This document shows, piece after piece, positions 24,968 through 33,682 of a DNA stretch of 33,682 nucleotides. The position numbers and the translations under genes are program-made. Location: IMG/VR virus record IMGVR_UViG_3300032330_000741, positions 1 to 33,682 of that record, one strand, 5' to 3'. The stretch comes from a virus. Lineage: Duplodnaviria > Caudoviricetes. A model generated the notes under the pieces. The model was not told the origin of the DNA. It was given only the letters and a program-made list of their open reading frames with translations, and searched no databases. Position 1 is the stretch's first letter, and every line of letters starts with the position of its first letter.

Positions 24968-25408
24968 ATGACCTTCCATTCGATCCCGCACGCCCCCAAA
25001 AGCGTCAAGGCAACGCAAGCGCAGCTAGACGCGATCTACCATGCGTCAAAGAAGGGCTTACGCGGAGACAACCTGGCCCTCGCGGCCAACATCCAGCCGA
25101 GCGACTACAACAGACTTATCCAGTTCGATCAGGACGCCGAGCTTGCCGAGCTAAAGGGCCGAGCCGACGCGGAACTGGAACTGAGCAACGCGCTGCACGA
25201 GGCCGCGCTAGGCGGCGATGCAAAGTCGGCGCTGGAGATCCTCAAGCACCAGCACGGCTGGGTCGCCAAGCAGCAGATCAACATCGACGTAGACCAGCGC
25301 ATCAGCATCACCCAGGCGCTTGAGCAGGCCAACATGCGCGTGCTAGAGGTCGTCGACGCGCCGTACACAGTTATTACGGACGAGACGCAGGAGGCAGACA
25401 ATGGATAG
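24968..25408 (+). CDS. Putative terminase small subunit
   Basis: 146 aa, helical with HTH-like N-terminus; first gene of the operon containing terL. Confidence 0.65.
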   Translation: MTFHSIPHAPKSVKATQAQLDAIYHASKKGLRGDNLALAANIQPSDYNRLIQFDQDAELAELKGRADAELELSNALHEAALGGDAKSALEILKHQHGWVAKQQINIDVDQRISITQALEQANMRVLEVVDAPYTVITDETQEADNG

Positions 25409-25772
25409 CGAAGCCGTACCCAGCTACTACACGCCGCTTCCTGAAGGACTTGCGCCTGAAGAGCTTGCGGCTATCCAGTATCATCGCAACAACTTGGACC
25501 GAGGTACGTTCCTGACGCAGCACAACAAAGACATTTCTACTTTTCTTGGTGCGCGCATGGGCACTCGTAACGGAGTCATGTATTTCCCAACCTATTGGCA
25601 TGGTGCTATGCTAGAGCCACACACAGCATTTCGCGAAGCTATGCGGTCTGGAATTAAATTTCCTACTTACGCTAATGACGAACTTGCCGCCGCTGCGGAA
25701 GAAAAACTACACAATGTCATGGCCGCTGATACAGCCGCATATCGCGCTGCAACTGCCAAAAAGAAAAAATAA
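25401..25772 (+). CDS. Hypothetical protein between terS and terL
   Basis: AGGAGG RBS; TAATG coupling to terL. Confidence 0.72.
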   Translation: MDSEAVPSYYTPLPEGLAPEELAAIQYHRNNLDRGTFLTQHNKDISTFLGARMGTRNGVMYFPTYWHGAMLEPHTAFREAMRSGIKFPTYANDELAAAAEEKLHNVMAADTAAYRAATAKKKK

Positions 25773-27298
25773 TGCAAACACCCCAATACAGCGCGTCCGA
25801 CGAAATGGCCCTCATGTCGCGGATGTGGTCGCCAGTTATTAAGGACGATCCATTAGCTTTTGTCATGCTAACTTTCCCATGGGGCCAAAAGGGCACACCG
25901 CTGGAATATTTTACGGGGCCGCGCAAATGGCAGAGGGAAGTGCTTTCGGATCTCAAGGAGCACATCAAGCAGAACAATGGGAAGCTAGATTTCGACACGT
26001 TCCGCATGGCGACATCCTCGGGGCGCGGTATCGGGAAGTCTGCACTCGTCTCATGGCTGGTGATCTGGATGCTATCGACGCGGATTGGTTCGACGACAAT
26101 TGTGTCGGCCAACTCTGAATCGCAGTTGCGGTCGGTCACATGGGCCGAGATAACCAAGTGGCTAGCCATGAGCCTCAACAGCCATTGGTACGAGGTTGCC
26201 GCAACGCGCATTATGCCTGCCAAATGGATTACCGAACTGGTTGAGCGCGACCTCAAAAAGGGCACGCGCTACTGGGCCGTTGAGGGCCGGTTGTGGTCAG
26301 AGGAAAATCCTGACGCCTATGCCGGCGTACACAACTACGACGGCGTGCAGCTTATCTTTGACGAGGCGTCCGGTATCCCTGACAGCATCTGGGCCGTGGC
26401 AAGCGGTTTCTTTACTGAGAACACCCCTAACCGTTTCTGGCTGGCGTTCAGCAACCCCCGTCGCAACACGGGGTACTTTTACGAAGCCTTCAACTCCAAG
26501 CGCGACTTCTGGAAAAACAAAGTCGTGGATGCCCGCAGCGTCGAAGGCACCGACAAGGCTGTCTACCAGCAGATCATTGACGAATACGGCCCAGACTCCA
26601 GTCAGGCCCACGTCGAGGTCTATGGCATGTTCCCCAATGCCGGTGACGATCAGTTTATTTCAAGCCTGACCGTAGACGAGGCGATGAAACGTGAACGCTA
26701 CAAAGATCAGACCGCGCCTATCATTATTGGCGTTGACCCGGCCCGTTTTGGGGCGGACGCAACCGTTATCGCTGTACGTCAGGGCCGCGATATCATTGCC
26801 ATCAAACGCCACCGCGGCGATGACACGATGGAATCTGTTGGGCGCGTCATTGAAGCCATTGAAGAATACAATCCAGCACTGGTTGTTATAGACGAGGGCG
26901 GGCTAGGCGCAGGCGTTGTGGACCGGCTTAAGGAGCAGCGTTACAAGGTCAAGGGTATCAACTTTGGTAACAAGGCCAAAAACCCCCTGATGTACGGCAA
27001 CAAGCGTGCCGAGATGTGGGGCGAGATGCGCGAGTGGCTCAAGACTGCCTCAATACCTAGTGATCGCTATCTAAAAACCGACCTGATTAGCCCGACGATG
27101 AAGCCCGACAGCAAGGGGTCAATCTTTCTTGAAAGCAAGAAGGACATGAAGGCACGCGGCTTGGCATCGCCCGACGCGGCTGACGCGATCTGCGTCACAT
27201 TTGCCTTTCCGGTCGCGCATCGGACCTATGTTGCAAAAGAGACTAAACGAGCGTATTCTGGCGCAAGCAGTGTAACCAATTCCTGGATGGGGTCTTAA
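25772..27298 (+). CDS. terL: Terminase large subunit
   Basis: Walker A SGRGIGKS, Walker B LIFDEASG, FSNP, nuclease IGVDPARFG and SPDAADA. Confidence 0.95.
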   Translation: MQTPQYSASDEMALMSRMWSPVIKDDPLAFVMLTFPWGQKGTPLEYFTGPRKWQREVLSDLKEHIKQNNGKLDFDTFRMATSSGRGIGKSALVSWLVIWMLSTRIGSTTIVSANSESQLRSVTWAEITKWLAMSLNSHWYEVAATRIMPAKWITELVERDLKKGTRYWAVEGRLWSEENPDAYAGVHNYDGVQLIFDEASGIPDSIWAVASGFFTENTPNRFWLAFSNPRRNTGYFYEAFNSKRDFWKNKVVDARSVEGTDKAVYQQIIDEYGPDSSQAHVEVYGMFPNAGDDQFISSLTVDEAMKRERYKDQTAPIIIGVDPARFGADATVIAVRQGRDIIAIKRHRGDDTMESVGRVIEAIEEYNPALVVIDEGGLGAGVVDRLKEQRYKVKGINFGNKAKNPLMYGNKRAEMWGEMREWLKTASIPSDRYLKTDLISPTMKPDSKGSIFLESKKDMKARGLASPDAADAICVTFAFPVAHRTYVAKETKRAYSGASSVTNSWMGS

Positions 27299-27299
27299 T

Positions 27300-27719
27300 A
27301 TGTCCGTAAACACTAAGCCAATCGGCGTCGCCTACGAAGACCAAAACATCATCGGGTCAGACAAGATCTACTCCTCTAGCGAGTTTGGCTACACCGCCGA
27401 CGCGCAAGGCGCTGTCACGCAGTTGACCAGCAAGTCCACCGCCGTCACGCTCAACAAGTCGGCTGGACGCATCACCCTGAACAACGCGGCCTTGGCTGGT
27501 AACACCGCTGTGTCGTTCACGCTAAACAACAGCCTGATCAGCTCCAACGACATCCTGATCCTGAACGTGTCCGGTGGTTCGGTGGCGGACGCCACAACCT
27601 ACACCGTGTACACCAGTTCGTTGGCAACAGGTTCTGCCGTTATTACGCTGCGTAACCTGACGGCTAGCTCGCAGTCGGAAGCCGTGATTATCAACTATGC
27701 GCTGATCCACTGCGTGTAA
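27300..27719 (+). CDS. Hypothetical (probably virion) protein
   Basis: 139 aa, Ser/Thr/Ala-rich; VTQLTSKSTAVTLN motif; between terL and portal. Confidence 0.7.
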   Translation: MSVNTKPIGVAYEDQNIIGSDKIYSSSEFGYTADAQGAVTQLTSKSTAVTLNKSAGRITLNNAALAGNTAVSFTLNNSLISSNDILILNVSGGSVADATTYTVYTSSLATGSAVITLRNLTASSQSEAVIINYALIHCV

Positions 27720-27720
27720 T

Positions 27721-27858
27721 ATGCCGCTTAAGAAGTCTGCCAGCAAAGCCGCGTTTCGTGCCAACGTAAAGGCCGAGGCGCACGCGGGTAAACCAATCAA
27801 GCAGGCCGTGGCCATTGCGTATGCTACAAAACGGGCGGCTTCTAAAGGTAAAAAGTAA
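27721..27858 (+). CDS. Small basic protein (45 aa, not in ORF track)
   Basis: MPLKKSASKAAFRANVKAEAHAGKPIKQAVAIAYATKRAASKGKK; QAVAIAY motif; fills the gap exactly. Confidence 0.75.
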   Translation: MPLKKSASKAAFRANVKAEAHAGKPIKQAVAIAYATKRAASKGKK

Positions 27859-27863
27859 AGCAT

Positions 27864-29990
27864 ATGGCTGATCAAAAGGACATGCTGGCCACTATGCGAA
27901 GCCGCCTCACAATGGCGATTTCTGCATATGGCGAAAGCCGTGAAGATGAGCTAGACGATTTACGCTTCATGGCCGGTAGTCCGGACAATCAATGGCAGTG
28001 GCCTGCGGACGTGCTTGCCACTCGCGGATCGGTGCAGGGCCAGACAATTAATGCGCGGCCTTGCCTAACCATCAACAAGCTGCCGCAGCATGTTCGCCAG
28101 GTTACAAACGAACAGCGCCAGAACCGCCCTAGCGGAAAGGTTATCCCCGCAGATGACAAGGGCGATGTTGAGGTTGCTGAGATCTTTAACGGTATGGTCC
28201 GTCATATCGAGTACATTTCTGACGCCGACGTTGCCTATGACACGGCCTGTGACAATCAGGTTACTTACGGCGAAGGATATGTTCGGGTTCTAACCGAATA
28301 TTGCAGCGACGATAGCTTTGACCAAGACATCCGCATTGGCCGGATTCGCAATTCCTTCAGCGTCTACATGGACCCGTCTATCCAAGATCCTTGCGGGTCT
28401 GACGCCGAGTGGTGTTTTATTACTGAAGACATCACAAAATCCGATTACGAGCGCCAGTTTCCCAATTCTACGCCCGTTAGTTCGATTATGTCCCAAGGCG
28501 TGGGCGATCAGAGCCTTAGCCAATGGCTGAGTGAAGACACAATCCGCATTGCGGAGTATTTTTACTATGACCGCAGCGTCAAAAAACTAAATCTGTATCC
28601 CGATAACGTCACAGCGTTCGAGGGAACGCCTGACGACAAGAAATTAAAGGCCATGTATGGTCAGCCGCTTAAGTCCCGGCAGGCTGAACAGAAAAAAGTC
28701 ATGTGGTGCAAAACCAATGGCTACGAAATCATGGACGAGCGCGAGTGGGCGGGCAAAACCATCCCCGTAACCCGCGTTGTCGGCAACGAATTTGAGGTTG
28801 AAGGCCGCATGTTTGTGTCGGGCTTGGTGCGTAACGCCAAGGACGCCCAGCGCATGTACAACTATTGGGTCAGCCAAGAGGCAGAGATGCTGGCATTGGC
28901 CCCCAAGGCACCCTTTATCGGCTACGGCGGTCAGTTTGAGGGCTACGAGGCCCAGTGGAAGACCGCCAACACCAACAACTGGCCTTATCTTGAGGTCAAC
29001 CCCGACGTCACTGACGGCGCTGGCGGTATGCTGCCACTTCCGCAGCGGGCGCAGCCTCCAATGGCGTCCAGCGGCCTCCTACAGGCTAAGGCGGGCGCTT
29101 CAGACGACATTAAGTCCACCACCGGCCAGTACGATTCCAGCCTAGGGGCCACGAGCAATGAAAGATCGGGAAAAGCGATCCTTGCGCGAGAGAAGCAGGG
29201 CGATACAGGCACATATCATTATGTGGACAACCTTGCTCGCGCTATTCGCCACGTCACACGGCAACTGGTTGATCTAATCCCCAAGATCTACGACACGCAG
29301 CGCATTGCGCGTATCGTTGGCTTGGACGGTGAGGTCGGCATGGTCAAAATTAACCCCGATCAGCCCGAACCCGTCAAAAAGATTCAAGACGAAAACGGCA
29401 TTGTGCTTGAGAAAATCTACAATCCCAGCGTTGGCAAATATGACGTTGTGGTTGCGACCGGGCCTAGCTATATGACCAAGCGTCAAGAGGCGCTTGACGG
29501 TATGGCACAACTCTTGCAAGGCAACCCAGAGCTTTGGCAGATTGCCGGCGACCTGTTTGTCAAGAACATGGATTGGCCTGGCGCTCAAGAGATGGCCAAG
29601 CGGTTTAAAAAGACCCTTGATCCCAAATTGCTGTCTGACGATGACAAGTCACCAGAATTGCAGCAGGCTGAACAACAGGTTCAGGCTATGGGCCAAGAGC
29701 TTGATAATCTGCACGGCGTTCTGAAAAACATCCAGAACTCTATCGAAATGCAGGACGTTGAGGTCAAGCAATTTGAGGCCAAAATCAAGGCTTACGACGC
29801 CGAGACCAAGCGCATCACTGCGGTTCAGGCCTCTATGTCGCCCGAGCAGATCCAAGAAATTGTTATGGGCACTGTGCATGGAATGCTCCATAGCGGCGAG
29901 CTTGTGGGTGAGATGCCCGGTCGTGAAGGCCCTGAAATGGGCAACGAAAACGCTGAAGTTGCGCCGCCAATGCAGGAAGTGCCACAATGA
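27864..29990 (+). CDS. P22-like portal protein
   Basis: 708 aa; RPCLTINKL, GLVRNAKDAQRMYN and SGKAILAR motifs; C-terminal coiled coil. Confidence 0.93.
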   Translation: MADQKDMLATMRSRLTMAISAYGESREDELDDLRFMAGSPDNQWQWPADVLATRGSVQGQTINARPCLTINKLPQHVRQVTNEQRQNRPSGKVIPADDKGDVEVAEIFNGMVRHIEYISDADVAYDTACDNQVTYGEGYVRVLTEYCSDDSFDQDIRIGRIRNSFSVYMDPSIQDPCGSDAEWCFITEDITKSDYERQFPNSTPVSSIMSQGVGDQSLSQWLSEDTIRIAEYFYYDRSVKKLNLYPDNVTAFEGTPDDKKLKAMYGQPLKSRQAEQKKVMWCKTNGYEIMDEREWAGKTIPVTRVVGNEFEVEGRMFVSGLVRNAKDAQRMYNYWVSQEAEMLALAPKAPFIGYGGQFEGYEAQWKTANTNNWPYLEVNPDVTDGAGGMLPLPQRAQPPMASSGLLQAKAGASDDIKSTTGQYDSSLGATSNERSGKAILAREKQGDTGTYHYVDNLARAIRHVTRQLVDLIPKIYDTQRIARIVGLDGEVGMVKINPDQPEPVKKIQDENGIVLEKIYNPSVGKYDVVVATGPSYMTKRQEALDGMAQLLQGNPELWQIAGDLFVKNMDWPGAQEMAKRFKKTLDPKLLSDDDKSPELQQAEQQVQAMGQELDNLHGVLKNIQNSIEMQDVEVKQFEAKIKAYDAETKRITAVQASMSPEQIQEIVMGTVHGMLHSGELVGEMPGREGPEMGNENAEVAPPMQEVPQ

Positions 29991-30355
29991 GCGAGACCCC
30001 AGCCGACTTTATTGGATATTTGTTCCTAGCGCGGGATGTGGCTCATTCGGTGCATCTAAACACCCGTAGTTTTTCCAAACACATGGCCTTGAACACGTTT
30101 TACGACGAGATCGTGGGCCTGGCTGATTCGTTGGCGGAAGCCCATCAGGGCCGCAATGGCTTGATGGGACCGATTACTTTGCAATCTGCAAAAAAAACGG
30201 CTAACATCACCGAGTTCCTTGAAAACCAATTAAAGGAGCTAGAAGAGTGCCGGTACGAGGCTTTTGACAAGTCAGATACCCCTCTTCAGAACATCATTGA
30301 CGAGATTGTGGGCCTGTATCTAAGCACGCTCTACAAACTCAAGTTTTTGGCATAG
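29987..30355 (+). CDS. Dps/ferritin-like four-helix protein (DUF5856-like)
   Basis: HLNTRSFSKHMALNTFYDEIVGLADSLAE resembles the Dps H...H...D..AE ferroxidase pattern. Confidence 0.75.
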   Translation: MSETPADFIGYLFLARDVAHSVHLNTRSFSKHMALNTFYDEIVGLADSLAEAHQGRNGLMGPITLQSAKKTANITEFLENQLKELEECRYEAFDKSDTPLQNIIDEIVGLYLSTLYKLKFLA

Positions 30356-30364
30356 GGGCTATAA

Positions 30365-30664
30365 ATGGCCGGTTCACTTACTAGCGTCATTCGCCATCCG
30401 ATTTACGGTAAAGGGCAAAAAGTTGCCTATACCGGAACGGCAGGCTCTGCGACGTTTCCAAGCTACTCAGGCTCGTTCATGATCTGGACGACCACGGTTG
30501 CCTACGTCAAGGTTGGCGGGACCGCCACTACCTCGGACCTAGCCCTTCCCGCAAACGCACCAATCATCATTCCGACCAATTTTGGCGACGGCTCAGACAT
30601 CACTGTTTCTGCCATTCAGGATTCTGCTGGTGGAAACATGTACGTCATCCCGTTGGCTGAATAA
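30365..30664 (+). CDS. Hypothetical small beta-rich protein
   Basis: AGGGG RBS; 99 aa. Confidence 0.7.
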   Translation: MAGSLTSVIRHPIYGKGQKVAYTGTAGSATFPSYSGSFMIWTTTVAYVKVGGTATTSDLALPANAPIIIPTNFGDGSDITVSAIQDSAGGNMYVIPLAE

Positions 30665-30665
30665 A

Positions 30666-31214
30666 ATGTTCATTTCTGCCCCCGCACCCTCTGAAGAGAG
30701 ACGTTTCATGAGCGACATTGACGGTCTTGCAAACCTTAAATCTGTTGATTTAAGCGCCGATATCGCCGCTGTCTCGCTGGTGCTGACGGGTGAATTTGAC
30801 GAAAAAATTAAAGAATACGTTGCTGCTAAAGCAGACTTTGAAAAGATTGGATCTTTTAAAGCCGCTGAGAAAAAAGCCGCTAAACTTGTTGCAGACGCTG
30901 AAGCCCAATTGGCTGACGTGATTAGCAAGGGCCACGCGCTTGATGAGCGTGAAAATTTGTTGGCCGAACGTGAGGCTGCGCTGGAAACCAGCAAGGTAAA
31001 TGTTCAGCAGTGGCTGGACGAAGTGAACGACAAGATTGCAAAGTTGGAAAAAGCTGAACGTGCTTTGGATGCCAAAGAAGCATCCATTAAGGCAAATGCC
31101 GAAGCCGAAGCGGAAAACATCCGCACGGAAAAGGCACGTTTGACGGAAGAGAATGAACGGCTTGCAGCCGAACGCGAAGCCTTTAACGCAAAACTCGCAG
31201 CACTGCGGGCTTAA
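30666..31214 (+). CDS. Coiled-coil protein
   Basis: Ala/Glu/Lys-rich; start ATG 30666 or 30708. Confidence 0.7.
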   Translation: MFISAPAPSEERRFMSDIDGLANLKSVDLSADIAAVSLVLTGEFDEKIKEYVAAKADFEKIGSFKAAEKKAAKLVADAEAQLADVISKGHALDERENLLAEREAALETSKVNVQQWLDEVNDKIAKLEKAERALDAKEASIKANAEAEAENIRTEKARLTEENERLAAEREAFNAKLAALRA

Positions 31215-31223
31215 GGATTTCAA

Positions 31224-31655
31224 ATGGCTAAGTCACTCACCACCGCCAGCAACATTCTAAAGCTGATCTTTAACGCCACGCCTTGGGCGAACATGGCGGA
31301 TAACGCTGCTTCATCACCATATACCAACCTGTATCTGAGTTTGCACACGGCAGACCCAGGCACCGGCAACAACCAAACCACCAACGAAACGTCCTACACC
31401 AACTATGCGCGAATTGCGGTAATCCGTACATCGGCAGGTTGGACCGTTTCAAGCAACACCGCTACCAACGCGGCCCTTGCCCAGTTTGCCCAGTGCGGCG
31501 CTACGGGCGCAACCTTAACCTACGTTGCAATTGGCACCAACGTGTCTGGCGCGGGTAACGTGCTGTACTCAGGCGCGCTCAACAGCGCCCTGACCGTTGC
31601 CAACGGCATCCAACCTCAGTTCTCAATCGGCGCGCTAACCGTCACGGAGACCTAA
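31224..31655 (+). CDS. Tail/fibre-associated structural protein
   Basis: AAGGA RBS; LYLSLHTADPG...E.SY..YAR...LYSGAL motif seen in phage tail-associated proteins. Confidence 0.7.
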   Translation: MAKSLTTASNILKLIFNATPWANMADNAASSPYTNLYLSLHTADPGTGNNQTTNETSYTNYARIAVIRTSAGWTVSSNTATNAALAQFAQCGATGATLTYVAIGTNVSGAGNVLYSGALNSALTVANGIQPQFSIGALTVTET

Positions 31656-31656
31656 T

Positions 31657-31830
31657 GTGGAAAATATCAACCTAGCAAAGGGCGATATTCCCCCGTACCT
31701 GTGTTCGTTGTGCAACGAACCTGTCTTTTTGATTGAAGATCGCGTGTACAAGCCATGCGCTCACACGGACGCGCCTGTGCTGGCTAATATCTCTGCAACG
31801 GCATACGGCGCAGGTAGCGCAAAAAGCTAA
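31657..31830 (+). CDS. Small CxxC protein (57 aa, not in ORF track)
   Basis: GGAG RBS and GTG start; MENINLAKGDIPPYLCSLCNEPVFLIEDRVYKPCAHTDAPVLANISATAYGAGSAKS; TAATG coupling. Confidence 0.6.
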   Translation: MENINLAKGDIPPYLCSLCNEPVFLIEDRVYKPCAHTDAPVLANISATAYGAGSAKS

Positions 31831-32705
31831 TGGCTATCCAGTCAATCAAGGCTCTGGTTGACGCTGAAGAAGCAGGCCAAACATTTTTTGCCACATGGCG
31901 AAAAGTGCCCAATGCTTCGACGGGTACATTTTGCTGGTTCGACACCACGCTGTCTGCTGGCAATCCGCTACCGTTTTACTACGCCTCAAGCCCGCTTGTG
32001 GGTGTCCCACTGGGTCAGTCCGTTAACGGCGGACTACCGCACAACCTACCTGTTGCGCCTTTGGGGTACAAAACCTTCCTCAAAAACTTCACTGTATCCA
32101 ACACGACCAACCTTCAAACTGGCCCCATCATCCTGATGGACTACCAGTTCTACTACCCGTTTATCGACATGGGTTCGACGGACGAGCAGTTTCTGGACAA
32201 CACGGCAACGCTCACACGCAACACGACAGGCGCAGGTCTTAAGATTATTGCCACCCAAATGGCCGGTCAAATTGGCGCAGGGAACCCGCGATTTATTGTA
32301 AATTACACAAACAGCGCTGGCGTTTCGGGCCGAGTTACACCCCCACAAGTCTGTGGAAATAGCAATATCGTCGGCGCGTTGATAACAACAACATCCGGCG
32401 GTACGGCTGCTAACGGATCAAACGTGCCTTTCTTGACTCTTCAAGAAGGCGACACTGGCGTTCGAAGCATTGAAAGCGTCACGTTTCAGACCGCCGACAT
32501 TGGCCTGATCGCACTGGTCTTAGTCAAGCCTATCGAAAATATCATGCCAAAAGAAGTAGCGTCGCCTTCGGAGCGGGTTCCGGTTTTAGATTATATGGAC
32601 CTTCCCGTTATCCCCGATAACGCGTATCTTTCATTTTTGGTGAATGTCACCACCAATGCCAACGGCATGACGCTCAACGGCATAATTCAAACGGTTTGGG
32701 GTTAG
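31830..32705 (+). CDS. Hypothetical structural protein (paralogue 1)
   Basis: 291 aa; YTNSAG, PFLTLQEGDTGVRSI motifs. Confidence 0.72.
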   Translation: MAIQSIKALVDAEEAGQTFFATWRKVPNASTGTFCWFDTTLSAGNPLPFYYASSPLVGVPLGQSVNGGLPHNLPVAPLGYKTFLKNFTVSNTTNLQTGPIILMDYQFYYPFIDMGSTDEQFLDNTATLTRNTTGAGLKIIATQMAGQIGAGNPRFIVNYTNSAGVSGRVTPPQVCGNSNIVGALITTTSGGTAANGSNVPFLTLQEGDTGVRSIESVTFQTADIGLIALVLVKPIENIMPKEVASPSERVPVLDYMDLPVIPDNAYLSFLVNVTTNANGMTLNGIIQTVWG

Positions 32706-32707
32706 TC

Positions 32708-33682
32708 ATGGCGCTTCAGTCAATGGATCAAATCATTTCGGCTTTGACTGCGGGGCAGTTTAACCGAACCGATTGGAACAAAAACGCCTTGCCCGTCACC
32801 GCGCAGGCGGCGGGTACTTGGTATGATCTGAGCACGGGCGCGGGTAACCCGTACCAGAACAGCGTAATTGGCTCGACGACCAATTTGGCCTTCCAAGCCA
32901 CCTCTGAAAGCACGACCACCACAGCCGCCAGCGGCGCACTCGGCGGATCAATCGCCACCACGGTCTTCACCGACACCACGCACGGCACGGGCCGCTTTAC
33001 GGTAGGTATGCTGCTGACTGGAACGGGTGTGTCTCCAGGTACTTACATTACCTCGCTAGGTACGGGTACAGGTGCCAACGCGGGCGGCACCTACAACGTC
33101 AGCATCTCTCAGACCGTCACGTCGCAGACCATCACCGGCACGGCAACTCCCAACGGCCTCTATACTGGCGGCAACGTATCGCCCAGCGTCAAGAACGTCT
33201 TGAACGCTTCAGCCTATTCAGCAGCCGCCACGACCGCACCCTGCATTCTGATGCTCGTTGACCAACTGGCTGTCTACACGGTCAGCACCGTCACCACCAC
33301 GGGCGCACAGACCTTCACCGGAACCCAGACCCTTCCGCGCTATGCAGACGGCAAGGGTGTTCAAGCCTATATCGTGCCGTCGATTGTCACGGGTGCGGGT
33401 ACGCCTACCATTCAGCTTAGCTACACCAACCCAGCAGCAACCGCCGCCCGCTTGACCCCTGCAACGCCTGTCTTACCAACTGCCGCAGCCACGGCCCCTG
33501 TTGGGCAAATCATCTATTCGGGTACGGGTGCTGGTAAGTATGGCCCCTTCATGCCATTGGCAGCGGGCGACACGGGCATTTTGTCTATTCAATCCATCAA
33601 CCTAAGCGCCACGATGACGTCTGGCTGTATCAACGTTGTTCTTTGTAAGCCGCTGCTGACGCTGCCCATCACTGCACAGGGC
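32708..33682 (+). CDS. 3'-truncated structural protein (paralogue 2)
   Basis: ATG 32708 (MALQSMDQIISALTAGQ...WYDLSTGAGNP); near the window end reads PFMPLAAGDTGILSIQS...VVLCKP with no stop seen. Confidence 0.75.
   Translation, partial: MALQSMDQIISALTAGQFNRTDWNKNALPVTAQAAGTWYDLSTGAGNPYQNSVIGSTTNLAFQATSESTTTTAASGALGGSIATTVFTDTTHGTGRFTVGMLLTGTGVSPGTYITSLGTGTGANAGGTYNVSISQTVTSQTITGTATPNGLYTGGNVSPSVKNVLNASAYSAAATTAPCILMLVDQLAVYTVSTVTTTGAQTFTGTQTLPRYADGKGVQAYIVPSIVTGAGTPTIQLSYTNPAATAARLTPATPVLPTAAATAPVGQIIYSGTGAGKYGPFMPLAAGDTGILSIQSINLSATMTSGCINVVLCKPLLTLPITAQG

Noticed and set aside
30104-30316. 17/18-nt direct repeat encoding DEIVGL twice, as att or mobile-element ends
   Set aside because: Inside an intact CDS, consistent with helical-bundle symmetry; no integrase seen
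1-33682. Stop-codon reassignment, diversity-generating retroelement, intron or intein
   Set aside because: Genes tile under the standard code using TAA, TAG and TGA; no reverse transcriptase; terL and portal look uninterrupted

Overview
The window is most of a tailed dsDNA phage genome with a P22-like (podovirus-type) virion gene set, opened inside the structural region. Order: tail and appendage genes, gp10-like protein, tailspike and three ejection proteins (1-11303, +); lysis cassette (11313-12530, +); leftward recombination module with RuvC, Cas4-like exonuclease, DUF669 and AAA_24 (12490-15961, -); Cro-like gene, primase-helicase, a second helicase and a metallophosphoesterase (16094-20613, +); leftward early region of small genes including GcrA and an OmpR/CtrA-type winged-helix protein (20610-24094, -); an ~870 bp palindrome- and G-tract-rich non-coding region; then terS, terL, portal, a Dps-like gene and further structural genes (24968-end, +). 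GcrA and spanins point to an alphaproteobacterial host. I found no capsid, scaffold, integrase, DNA polymerase, tRNA or CRISPR array in the window. Main leads: a possible cell-cycle-regulator pair, two helicases of different superfamilies with a candidate hairpin origin, and a Fur-box-like palindrome among G-tracts upstream of an operon carrying a Dps-like gene. All family calls are from motif recognition by eye; no searches were run.
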